Positions 1-10,600 of a DNA stretch of 64,000 nt are shown here, piece after piece. Both the position numbers and the translations under genes were made by a program. The DNA is from a virus. The stretch lies in the IMG/VR virus record IMGVR_UViG_2799112719_000001; one strand, given 5' to 3'. The first letter of the stretch is position 1. Every line of letters starts with the position of its first letter. Below the pieces are notes generated by a model, which saw nothing but the letters and a program-made list of their open reading frames with translations, had not been told where the DNA came from and did no database searches.

Positions 1-69
1 GCTCGCCTGGCCTTCTACGGGGAGCCGGAAATCGTGAGCGGAGCACAGTTGGTGGCCCTGACCGCGTAA
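1..69 (+). CDS. 3-prime end of the DGR target (variable) protein, truncated by the window edge
   Basis: Open frame from nt 1 to TAA at 67-69 (ARLAFYGEPEIVSGAQLVALTA*). Nt 1-9 GCTCGCCTG are identical to the 3-prime end of the template repeat (513-521). Confidence 0.6.
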   Translation, partial: ARLAFYGEPEIVSGAQLVALTA

Positions 70-78
70 GCGGGTCAT

Positions 79-116
79 GGCCAGCCAGCTTGTGCAGCCG
101 CTCCTGCTGGCTGGCC
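79..116 (+). promoter_or_regulatory. Perfect 11-bp-stem hairpin just downstream of the DGR target gene
   Basis: GGCCAGCCAGC (79-89) pairs with GCTGGCTGGCC (106-116), with a 16-nt loop and no U-tract. It lies 70 nt after the VR/TR homology ends. Confidence 0.5.
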
Positions 117-404
117 AACCCGCTTCTCTCTCCTGAGTGTTAAATATGCTGCTGTGTCACAGCAGCCGTAAAACAGAGTAATAACAATAAAAAGAATCAC
201 CAAGGGGAATCGCCCTGCAAGGGCTGTCCCGAAAGAGAAACTGAAGACGAAAAGGTAAAAGGTCATACTTCCTGAACGTACAAAACAAAAAAATCAATAA
301 CCCCTCTGCTTGCAAAGAGTTGGATTAGTTCGAGTTTTCCTTCTACAGCTTTGTGGGACCAACAGAGAGGCAGGGGATCGGAAACGACCCCGAAAAGGCG
401 ATAA

Positions 405-521
405 ATCGTGGAGCTGCTGAACGTCGGGGGTAACGCGAATAACGGTGCGCAATGCGGTCTCGCTTATGCGAACTCGAATAACGCTTTCTCGAACTCGAAC
501 ACGAACATCGGTGCTCGCCTG
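405..521 (+). repeat. DGR template repeat (TR)
   Basis: Non-coding (in-frame TAA at 402-404). In the VR frame it reads NVGGNANNGAQCGLAYANSNNAFSNSNTNIGARL. Ten of 34 codons are AAC/AAT. The ...SNSNxNIGAR ending resembles Mtd-type C-lectin VRs. The last 9 nt match window nt 1-9. Confidence 0.65.
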
Positions 522-795
522 AAATTATACACTAAAAATATCCACTGTTTATCCCTACAGATCTCGTGAAGACCACTAAGGATGAGCACACGATTGAGCC
601 TGACTCGATGGAGGGGTGAAAACCCTGACAGAGCAAACACATAAAGGCGTAGGGTATGAAATAGAGTCCCCTCGCGTAAGTAAGCAATGCAGTTGTACGC
701 ATATACCGAAAGCCCGTGAGCCGAGAAGTGTAGAAGGCATGACCAGAAACCAGTCAAGTATGTGGCTATCATAACCACCATAAGAAAAGGCATAA

Positions 796-2142
796 ATGGC
801 AGAAGAGTTGGCATATAAACGCAAAGCCCGCCTCCGTGGTAAGAACCGCAAGGTGCGCATCGCCCAGGTCTATGACTTTGGCAACCTGCGTGTGGCCGAC
901 CATGAAGCACGTCGTGGTAAGGAGGCCCATAAGGGTGTGCGTATCTTCGACCGTGACGCAGAGGGCAACCTCCAGGCTTTGCAACAGCAGTTGATGACGG
1001 GCACCTATCACACCTCGCCTGGCCATGAGTGCATACGTCATTGTCCGTGTGGCAAAGACAGACTGCTGCATAAGCTGCCGTATTTTCCTGACCATATCGA
1101 GAACCATGCGCTGATGCAGGTCATAATGCCCATAATGATGCGGGCATACTACTATGACTCTTCGGCATCCATCAAGGGCAAGGGTATGCACTTTGCGGCA
1201 CACCGTACTGAGCAGTTTATCGACGCTCATAAGTATGCCGGTCGTTTATACTATGCCAAGCTGGATTTCGTGAAGTTCTACCACAACATCAATCAGCAGA
1301 AAATCTATGATGTGCTCTGTAAGAAATTCGCTGATCCTGGCATCCGCTATCTCATCTATGAGATTGTGACGGCATGTGAGCAGGGGTTGGGCATCGGACT
1401 GTTCCCCATACAACCCATGGCCAACTACTACACCTGTCCGCTGTGTCGCCTCGTAATGGCCCTGTTTGATGTGTGGTTGGAAATCTATTGTGATGACATG
1501 GTGATTATTGGCCTTGACAAGAAAGAGGTGTGGAAGGCTGTAAACTTTATCATGGAATATGCTAACGATGTGATGGAGCAACCGCTGCATGACAATATCG
1601 GTGTGCAGATCATTGATGAGCACCATGGCCTCGATTTCGTCGGCTATCAGTTTTTCTTCAATCACACCCTTCTGCGCAAGCGCATGAAGGCAAAGTTCAA
1701 ACAGAAGATGCACCGCCTGAAAGACCCTATGCGTCGCTATCAGGCTGCAACTTCCTATAAGGGATGGCTGTTGCACTGCAATGGCTTTAACCTCTGGTGT
1801 AAGGTAATGGATATGAAATCATTTAAGGATCTGCAAGTACCTAAGTTCGAGAAAAAGGACGCTGACGGCAAACGCATGTTGGAGGGTACGAAAGTGTCTG
1901 CATCTATGCTATGCGGACGCGAAATCATCTTTACGGATGTAGAGCTGGGTGTGAAGTCGAAGTATAAGAAGAATGCGGCCATCGTACAGGTGGAAGACAA
2001 CGGACAGAAGTTCAAATTCTTCACTTGTAATCAGAAACTCATTCAGACGCTCGACTACATCAATGCTCACGATGGATTCCCATTCACGGGCACCATTGTA
2101 CGCTGTAACGCTGCCGGTCTTCCCGACTACGAGATAACATAA
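796..2142 (+). CDS. Reverse transcriptase, DGR-type
   Basis: 448-aa ORF with a YCDDMVIIG (YxDD) box, plus FPDHIENHALM and SASIKGKGMHFA motifs typical of DGR RT fingers and palm. It lies 275 nt downstream of the TR. Confidence 0.85.
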   Translation: MAEELAYKRKARLRGKNRKVRIAQVYDFGNLRVADHEARRGKEAHKGVRIFDRDAEGNLQALQQQLMTGTYHTSPGHECIRHCPCGKDRLLHKLPYFPDHIENHALMQVIMPIMMRAYYYDSSASIKGKGMHFAAHRTEQFIDAHKYAGRLYYAKLDFVKFYHNINQQKIYDVLCKKFADPGIRYLIYEIVTACEQGLGIGLFPIQPMANYYTCPLCRLVMALFDVWLEIYCDDMVIIGLDKKEVWKAVNFIMEYANDVMEQPLHDNIGVQIIDEHHGLDFVGYQFFFNHTLLRKRMKAKFKQKMHRLKDPMRRYQAATSYKGWLLHCNGFNLWCKVMDMKSFKDLQVPKFEKKDADGKRMLEGTKVSASMLCGREIIFTDVELGVKSKYKKNAAIVQVEDNGQKFKFFTCNQKLIQTLDYINAHDGFPFTGTIVRCNAAGLPDYEIT

Positions 2143-2173
2143 CCACCGTTCCCAGCCGTTATCGGCTGTGGTT
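2141..2173 (+). terminator. Hairpin after the RT gene
   Basis: AACCAC..CAGCCG TTAT CGGCTG..GTGGTT nested inverted repeat starting at the RT stop codon. Confidence 0.4.
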
Positions 2174-2219
2174 GGCATCGAGATAAGAAATATCGTATAA
2201 CCCCTTAAAATAAAAAACA

Positions 2220-2882
2220 ATGAAGAAATCAGAGTTTACCGAGAATCCGGCTCCCGTGGAGTTAGAGGGAACCGTGCTCCGCATCTGCTTCGACACTGAG
2301 GAAGTGGATCAAGTGATTAACAATGGTGAGGAAGGACAGGAGTCTGAGACCCGTAAGGTATATCTGGCTTATGTCATCCGTGTTTCTAATCCGTTTACCC
2401 TGGAGAATGTCATCAAGGCATTGCTGAAAGAGGGCTTCGATGAGTTCAAAGCTGTGGCCGTGGCTGCCGAGGCACTGCTGACGGCTAATGAGGCAGGCTT
2501 ACTGCCAGGTAACGCGCTGGAACTGGCCCGTCAGATGCAGATAGCTCGTATCAGTGAGTATGATGCTTCTGATGCTGTCAACCAGTTCTCTTATGACGGT
2601 GTTCCCATGTGGCTTGACAAAGACACCCGTAACGGACTGATTGCCCGTCTGAATGCTGAGAAGGCTGTGGGTAAGACTACATCGACGCTCTGGCTCGGTA
2701 CACAGTCGTTTACCATCACGCCCGATGCTGGTCTTCAGATGCTTTCGGCCCTCGAAGTCTATGCCAGCGAGTGCTACGATAAGACGGCTGAACACAAGGC
2801 CGCTATCGCTGCTCTCAATGATGTGGATGCCATTAAGTCCTACGACTTCACACAGGGCTATCCCGCTCACTTGGAGTTTTAA
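2220..2882 (+). CDS. Hypothetical protein (220 aa)
   Basis: Clean ATG ORF with an A-rich leader, in operon orientation. No motif recognised. Confidence 0.7.
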   Translation: MKKSEFTENPAPVELEGTVLRICFDTEEVDQVINNGEEGQESETRKVYLAYVIRVSNPFTLENVIKALLKEGFDEFKAVAVAAEALLTANEAGLLPGNALELARQMQIARISEYDASDAVNQFSYDGVPMWLDKDTRNGLIARLNAEKAVGKTTSTLWLGTQSFTITPDAGLQMLSALEVYASECYDKTAEHKAAIAALNDVDAIKSYDFTQGYPAHLEF

Positions 2883-2895
2883 TGTATAGGTGCCC

Positions 2896-3381
2896 ATGAC
2901 TGCATTACTCCTACTCTCCGTGCTGATAGCTGTCCTCTATGTGGGGACGGCTATCTACCTGCACCGCGAATTGCCTGCGTCTATATCGCACATGGTGTTT
3001 AACCTCTCCAAAGGTTATCAGTTCGTGTGGACGCTCTTCATCTGGTCGATGGCCTTTGGTATATGTCCTGCATTGCTCGACGCGCTGGATGGCTCCATCT
3101 TCCAGTTTGTAGGATTCCTGACCATCGCCGCTCTCGCTTTCGTGGGAGCAATGCCGCTCGTGCGACATGACCCGAACACAGCGCATAACATCCTGGCCAT
3201 TGCTGCCGGAATTGGCTCCCAGCTGTGTGTCATGCTCATCTGTCCCTGGTGGCTCTTGCTTTGGTTTGTCCTGGTGCCGCTTATTGCCTCTTCGACTATG
3301 CGCATCCTTGAGGGTAAAGGGATTTTCATTCTTGAAGTCCTTTGTTACATAACGCTCATCGCTGCCATTCTCACCTCGTAA
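2896..3381 (+). CDS. Integral membrane protein (about 5 hydrophobic helices)
   Basis: The ORF track starts at GTG 2890. The first ATG is at 2896. Strongly hydrophobic segments run throughout (LLLLSVLIAVLYVG, FVWTLFIWSMAFGI and others). Confidence 0.7.
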   Translation: MTALLLLSVLIAVLYVGTAIYLHRELPASISHMVFNLSKGYQFVWTLFIWSMAFGICPALLDALDGSIFQFVGFLTIAALAFVGAMPLVRHDPNTAHNILAIAAGIGSQLCVMLICPWWLLLWFVLVPLIASSTMRILEGKGIFILEVLCYITLIAAILTS

Positions 3382-3428
3382 ATGTTTCGTATGCTGTGGC
3401 ATCGCCACGGCCCTAAAAAGAAAAGAAT

Positions 3429-4529
3429 ATGCCAGCTCCAACAATTTCCAATCATTTCGCCATCACTGCCCTTCAGGAAGGTATCACTGTGCAAGGCTCA
3501 TTGCGCATCGACGGTACGCTCTCCCAGAACTGGAATAACAATACCCAAAAGGCTATTCCTAACTGGAAAGCGACGCAGGCCGATCCCAATCCCAGCCAGC
3601 CGCGTGTCTATCCCGTCATCCGTAAGGGTGTGCAGTATATGAACAACTCACAGTTGGTCAATACGCATTGGCTCTATAACGATGTGGTGATTACCTTTGA
3701 CAATAATGGTGATTCTACCAACTTCCTTGATGCTAACAATGATCCGCTCTTCCACGTCGGCACTACTACGGTGTCATTTGGTGGCTCCAGCTACCTGGTG
3801 CCCTGTCTGACTGTCATCGCTAACCTGGCTTCGCCTACCAACATTGACCTTGATACTATCGGTTATGAGGGTTCAGTGGAGATTCTGGGTAAGCAGCAGC
3901 CGTTCCAGTGTCAGGTGGATGTCAAGATTGCTCAGATGTCTGCACAGGGATTCTTGGGCCTGCTGTCGCCTGAGTCAGCCATTATCACCGCACAGGACCA
4001 GGCTGTCACCGTCACGGCCTCGCTCTATGGTGAGGATGGCCAGTCGCCTGCCACATGGTACTGTAAGTGGTACAATGCCGGTACGGGTGATGAGTATGTG
4101 GCTGCAAGAAACAACCACTCCGTCACGTTCTATGGTGCAGACTTCGTGGATAACCTCATTCTCCGCTGTGACTTCTTTACGGATGCAAGCTATAACAACC
4201 GTGTGACAACGGCCTTTGCATCTATTGATGATACGCAGGATCCTGAGTATCTGTATATCTCGCTCAATGGTTCCAACAGCGATTTCAGCGGCCAGCTGTC
4301 ACCAGGTGAGTCATGCACTGTCACGGCTTGGGTGGCCACCATGGAGGATGCAACGGCTATCAATACGCAGTACACCAACTTTACTTGTGTATTGTACGAC
4401 GGCCAGCAGAACGAGATTACCAGTGGCCCGACAATGACCACCTCTTCCAATCGTGGTACTATCGTGCTACCCTACGACTTCGTGGCTCAGTCTGGCTATA
4501 AGGTCAACGGTATCGTCACCGCTTCTTAG
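3429..4529 (+). CDS. Putative virion surface or short fibre protein (366 aa)
   Basis: Sits directly upstream of the giant fibre gene. Its N-terminus, PTISNHFAITALQEG, shares a motif with the N-termini of the 4637 and 12466 ORFs. Confidence 0.6.
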   Translation: MPAPTISNHFAITALQEGITVQGSLRIDGTLSQNWNNNTQKAIPNWKATQADPNPSQPRVYPVIRKGVQYMNNSQLVNTHWLYNDVVITFDNNGDSTNFLDANNDPLFHVGTTTVSFGGSSYLVPCLTVIANLASPTNIDLDTIGYEGSVEILGKQQPFQCQVDVKIAQMSAQGFLGLLSPESAIITAQDQAVTVTASLYGEDGQSPATWYCKWYNAGTGDEYVAARNNHSVTFYGADFVDNLILRCDFFTDASYNNRVTTAFASIDDTQDPEYLYISLNGSNSDFSGQLSPGESCTVTAWVATMEDATAINTQYTNFTCVLYDGQQNEITSGPTMTTSSNRGTIVLPYDFVAQSGYKVNGIVTAS

Positions 4530-4556
4530 TGCGCCTGTCCCCTATCCCCTCTCGTG

Positions 4557-4585
4557 CCCGCTGGTTTCCCCAGCGGGTTTATTTT
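4557..4585 (+). terminator. Intrinsic terminator (family-B hairpin)
   Basis: CCCGCTGG (4557-4564) pairs with CCAGCGGG (4570-4577), followed by TTTATTTT. Confidence 0.7.
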
Positions 4586-4625
4586 GTCCCTACCTTTCCC
4601 CCCGTTTCCCCTATCTTTGCTCAAA
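4578..4625 (+). promoter_or_regulatory. Late promoter copy 1
   Basis: TTTTGTCCCTACCTTTCC..CGTTTCCCCTATCTTTGC. The -7 box TATCTTTG lies at 4612-4619. The same roughly 45-nt block recurs at 15136 and 23031. Confidence 0.6.
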
Positions 4626-4636
4626 AATAAGATGCA

Positions 4637-7600
4637 ATGAATCCAGTCATATCACAGACATTTGCCGTTACAGCAGTGAAGCCCACCATATCGGTGGATC
4701 ACATCGACAATTACTATATCACCGAGGCTTCTGGCATAATGCCAGCAGTCAGCGATTCACGCTGGCAACTGGTCCCCGATGGTCAGCAGGTGCCCGTTCC
4801 TACGGCATCGGCTCCATATCTGTGGCATAAATATATCACTTACCTTACCGATGGCTCTGCGCTCGACCCCATCGTGGAGTTTGCCGGTTCGCTGGGGCAG
4901 AATGGTTTTGACTATGACCTGGTGCCGTCGCATTCGGCTATCATCAAGGATGCCAACGACAATCTTTCACCGGCCAACGTCTCTTGCTCGCTCATTAAAC
5001 GTAATGCCGATGGTTCTGCTGAAACGCAGTCAGTGGTGCCGTCGGGCTACAGCGTCATTGTCTATCGTGACAACACTTCATCGTCTTATACGCTGGGGTC
5101 TAACGTCTCTACTGCCGGCATTACATCGGTTATCACATTTGTACTGAAATATGGCAATATCGAGGTGGAGCGTCACGATCTCCGCGTCATTGCCGAGGGT
5201 GCTGAAGGTCTTACTGGTCGTGGTATTCAGTCACAGGACACTCGTTTCAAGGCTACAACGACCAACAGTATTCCTGCTACTCCTACCAACGATACTACAT
5301 GGAATACCTGGTCATCGCTCGCTTCCTGTGGCTACTCGCAGTCAACGCCCTACCTCTGGAAGTGTATCAAGACGGTGTATCTCAATGGTAATGGCACTAC
5401 TGAAACGGAATATCTTGTTGAAGGTCCTACGGTGTGGGGACAGGATGGTGCAGACGCTATCTTTATCGACTTGGATAATGAAATGGATGCCATACCATGT
5501 GATAGCACGGGTAAGGTTACGGTGGCTACTACGCTCGTGACCTATGCCCGCCTATATCGTGGCTCTGCTATCATCAATGATGGCCTGACGGCTCCTGTGG
5601 CTGCCAACTGCAAGTTGGGTTCTGTCACACCTACCATCACGCCCCAGCAGGACGGTGCCTATAAACTGGAATGGGTGTTTGCTGTCAATACACAGCTGTC
5701 TGCCGACCGTCTCACGGCCAGCATTGCCATCGGCTATGCCAGCAAGTCCTACCCTGCCGTCTTCACGGCCAATGTCGTGAAGTCTGGTGCGCCTGGTGTC
5801 TCTCCGGCTATCTATCAGCTCTTGCTCTCGCAGAACGATGCTTCTTTTGCGCGTAACAGCAGCAACCAGCTCACACCGGCTTCTATCTCTATCCGTTGTG
5901 GTTACACCAAGAATTACAATGGCTCTATCGTAAAGCATGACGGAGACCAGGCTTCAGACCTTCAGAATATCGACGGTACTTATAACATCCTCTATCGTGC
6001 CATTGCTGCTAATGGCTCCCCTGGTAGTTGGGCATGGATGAAAGACCTCTCATCGTCTAACTTCTACTTGGTTATCCCCAACAGCACCACGAATACAGCC
6101 TACGAGTTTATCTTGACTACCGCTAACTCTGCTTCAGCTGTGGCCGAGTCAAACATCTTTGACCGTGAAACGCTCCCCATCAACAAAGACGGTTTGAATG
6201 GTGCCCCTGGTGAGTCTGCATTGATCATCGACCTGGATAACGAACAGGATGCTTTTGGTACCAAGGCCGACGGTAAGATAGCAGCTTCTGTCTCGCGTGA
6301 GACTACTGCCTCGATGTTCTACGGTATTACACCGCTGTCTGCTACTTATTCAACGACGAAAACCTATGAGGATGGTACGACATGCGGCTCTGAGGTGTCT
6401 GTGGATGTCAACTCTGAGACGGGAAAGATAACTGTCACCATGGGTAGCACGTCGCATGTCTATAACAAGACTATTTTCATCGACATAACAGGTACGGCCA
6501 GCGGCTACACCGACAAACCCAAGACGGCCCGATTTACTATTCAGCCCCAGGCTGCCGGTACTGATGGCCTTACACCTGTCATCTACCAGCTGATGCCGTC
6601 ACCGTCTTCACTATCATTTGCGCGTAATGCGGATGGTACGCTGAACATGGCGAACAATGTTATTACGGGCTATGTGAAGAAAATCGTGGACGAAGAGACT
6701 ACTATCCTTAGTTCACTCTCTGGCTATCGCATCTACTATGGCTATGGCAATCCAGCCACACCATCCAATTTTATCAGTGTGGGTGATACGATTACCGTCT
6801 CTGCCTCTAATTCGGCCTCTTATGCCTCGTTGGTCCTGGAACTGTGGAAGATGAACGGCTCCACGAAGGAAAAGCGTCTCGACCGCGAGACCATCCCCAT
6901 CAATAAGGAGGGTCAGAAGGGACAGAAGGGCGACCCTGGCGATACGCCATTCATTATCGACATCGACAATGAAATGACCTCTATCCCCATCAGCACCGAT
7001 GGTAAGGTAGAGTCTCAGATCACGCTCGACTTTCACCTGGCGGCTTATTATGGCTCTACCAATGTCATCAACGACTGTACGGTGTCGCTTGTGGGTACTG
7101 CGCCCACTGGCTTTAATGTCGATGTAGTAACGGATAAGACTACACCCCGTATCGTCATTGCTGCCAACACACAGCCTGCCGAAATTACTGAGCTGCGCTT
7201 CCAGGTGGTACATAGTGACTATGGCACCCGTCAGACAGTATTCTCTATTGCTGCCGTGAAGTCAGGCGGTAAGGGTCAGGATGCGGTCATGTACGAGCTG
7301 CTGCCGTCTGATACGGCTGTCACCATCGGACGTGACAATAACGGCGACTTGAATCAGACTACGGCTACATTGAAGTGCGGCTATACCAAGCGCATAGGCA
7401 ATCAGACTCCATCAACAAATTCGGATGTCAGCAGCTCTTTCGATGGTTACAATATCTATTTTCGTCGTAAGAATCGTAGTAATGGTACATGGTCTTCATT
7501 CTATCTCTACTCTTACTATAAGTCGTACTACCTCACTGATTTCTCGGTAACAACCTATTCCGACATTCAGTTTATCATTTGTACGAATACCTCTTATACG

Positions 7601-10600
7601 GTAACTGAGGGGAATGTCACGGGCCTTATCGACCGTGAGACGGTGCCTATTGTGCTCGATGGTCAGAAGGGTAAGCAGGGAGATAATGCCTTTGTGCTCG
7701 ACATTGACAACGAAATGGCTGCTATCCCTGTCAATGAACAGGGAAAGACTACTGGAGCTTTGGCTCTTGATTTCGGACTCAATGCTTTCTATGGTACTAC
7801 ATCTGTACTTAATGATTGTACGGTAACTGTTGATGGATCTGCGCCCAATGGCTTTACCGTGGATCTGACCGATAAGTTCAATCCGTCTATCAGCATCGCT
7901 GCCAATATCCAACCTGCCGAAGTAACTGACATTGTACTGAAGGCCGTACATGCCACCTATGGCACCCGCTACGCCACCTTTACCGTCTGTGCTGTGAAGT
8001 CCGGCGGTCGTGGTGAGGATGCTGAAATCTATCAGCTTAAACCCAGCCACACCGCTCTCCAGTTTGCCCGTAACAGTAGTGGCGACCTCACAGGTTCCTA
8101 TACTTTGACCTGTCAGATTCAGAAGACGGTTGGCTCTACAACCTCTAACCATGATTCACTTTCTGGTTACTATATCTACTATGGTTGGGATGGTGCAGCA
8201 AGCCCTTCCACGTCTTTGCCTACATCTGGCCGTTCTGTTGGCACCTCCGAGGCTGCCAGCCATACCAGCGTAGTGCTCGAACTGTGGCGTGGCCAGCGTA
8301 GTGCTTCCGGCTCCGTCCGTCTCGACCGCGAGACCATCCCCATCCTGAAGGATGGTACAAAGGGCGGTCCTGGCGATCCTGGTAATGGTATCGCCAATAT
8401 CTATTTCTATCGTATGTTTACGCAGTCATTCGAGGCTCCTGCTGAGAATGATAGCGGATGGATTGCATCTACCAGTAGCTCTTATCCAACCGAGGCCGGA
8501 CTGACAAAGGAAAACCGTTACCTTTGGCAAAAGAAACTGACCTCTTACACTCGCTCTGATAATCCTACCATCGAGATTTCTCTACTCGCACAGTTTGATT
8601 CTGGAGTACAGGAAAATCTGCTCGAAGACACTGCATTTCTCTCTGAGGGACAGATGGAAGCATGGGATGTAAAAAATGGTAATATCTCTCCTAACATGGT
8701 AGGAGCACATAATGCCTTTTACCTGACACCTGATTTTGGCCTAAGTGTAACTGAAATGCTGAAACAGAAGGTATATCGCTCTGGCGAACTGCAAAAACTG
8801 AAAGGTAATACCTGGTACACGCTTTCTTTCTGGGCTGCTATGACAAACTATGTCGATTTGTTGAGTTCGACAGTTTCTAACAATGTTAGCGATTATTGGA
8901 TTGTAAATGGGTCAAGAAAGGGATTTACTCTTGCTCCTGGAAGATCTGCTGTTGTCACTGTCACAGGTCGTTGTGCTTCATCCAACGCTTATCTTCGTGT
9001 TTATTGTTTTACTACAGATGATAATGGAAATTGGCTTCAAAGTACGAATGTAGAAATCAAAACGACATATAGCAGAACACTCTCGTTTAAGATTACGAAT
9101 AACCAATCAGCGGATAAGGTGTTCTATGTAGAGGGTTATGTTTATAAGTCTGATGGATCGAAAAACCATGAGAGTGGTACGAACTATCGTTGTTTCATGT
9201 CACTTATTCGTGTTGATCGTGGAGCACAATTATTGACTTATCTGCATAGAGAGGATAATGGTGGTGCTATTCTTCGATCTGCTGGTAATCCTTGGTATGT
9301 CAATGGCAAGAAAATAACGGCTGCTACACAATGGGATGATAAAGGATATGAATGGACGCTACATGATGGAACTAAGGCTTGCGTACAGGATGGTACTTAT
9401 ATCCAATTCTCACAAGATGGAGCTGTGCGCTGGCAATTAAATCCTGGCCACCATAGATATTCTGTTACTTTCAAAACAGATGCTTTGGCTGATAATGTGA
9501 ACTATTTTGTTCTTTTCAGATTCTGGGAAACATCGAATGGCGGCTGGATCTCCATGCCAAAACTCGAAGAGAATACCATCGCCTCTGAATGGATAGAACA
9601 TACAAACGACCGCATGGCTGATGACATTCAGCATGTCTATGATGGTCCCTGGGAGTCAGGAAAGACATACTTCTATGGTGGTGGTACAGGTGTTCGCCAT
9701 GTAGTCCGTGCCAAGGAAAGCGTCAGTGGTGCCATGACCTATTGGCGCATGAAACAGCGTACTACTTCCAGTGGCTACACTTCCACCATACAGCCCTACA
9801 ATGACACATCGCATTGGGAAAAGGCTTCATACTTGAAGTTCCTCGCCTCTGACTTTGCGCTCATCGAAAACGCCATTATCAATTTCCAGCAGACTAACCG
9901 CATCCTGGTATATAATTCTGTCGGCAATGTTGCTGCTGGTATGGGTGGTGCAGAAGGAGGCTCTAATGATTATCCTCTCTGGGTGGGTGCCGACTATGCT
10001 AACCGTGCTACTGCTCCATTCCGTGTAACTTTGCTCGGAAAGATGTATGCTTCTGGTTGTGTAATCTCTGGTGATAGTATATTTGAGGGTACGCTTCGAG
10101 GTGTCACAGGATCGTTCAGACAGTTGAATGCAGTCGATAATAATGGTAATGTGAAAGCGTCCATCGGTTTTAATTCTTCTGAAGGAAAACTGTACTTTGA
10201 AGGTGACATGCAGCACCAAGGCTATGACAGCGTGAATAGTCGTAGTTATAGATTCTTAACTTCCGATGTATGGGGACGTGGATCTTTCGCAACTCGACAA
10301 AGATTGACTGTGATAGTATGTGGATCATACGCCTATTATTTCCATAAAGGATTGCCTTCATCATGGGATGTATCTACTTCTGTATATGTTAATCTTCCTT
10401 CTGTTACTTCTGGAGGTCGTACTTATTATCGCATTCCTTGCTATAGTCCTGATAATTATAGTGCGCTTGCTGGTATGCCGGTAGATACGGTGCTTTTCCG
10501 TATTACATCGAATACCACTTATTACTACTATCTCGGACTGGCCGCTTCACAGCGTGTCGTTGTGGCAAATATCAATGACGATCAGAACAATGTGAAAATC

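Noticed and set aside
75-266. Minus-strand 63-aa ORF between the target gene and the TR, considered as a possible Avd accessory protein.
   Set aside because: It is on the wrong strand relative to the cassette. It is hydrophobic and low-complexity rather than a basic helical bundle, and it spans two hairpins. No Avd call is made.
464-1230. Three minus-strand ORFs (464..910, 576..860, 769..1230) across the TR, the TR-RT spacer and the RT start.
   Set aside because: They overlap one another, the TR and the RT gene on the opposite strand. Their composition is odd (Cys/His/Leu-rich). The region is better explained as the DGR TR plus spacer RNA.
6900-8400. Collagen triple-helix domains in the fibre (GQKGQKGDPGD, GTKGGPGDPGNG).
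   Set aside because: The runs are only 3-4 G-X-Y triplets long. That is too short to call a collagen domain, so they are treated as module-boundary motifs.
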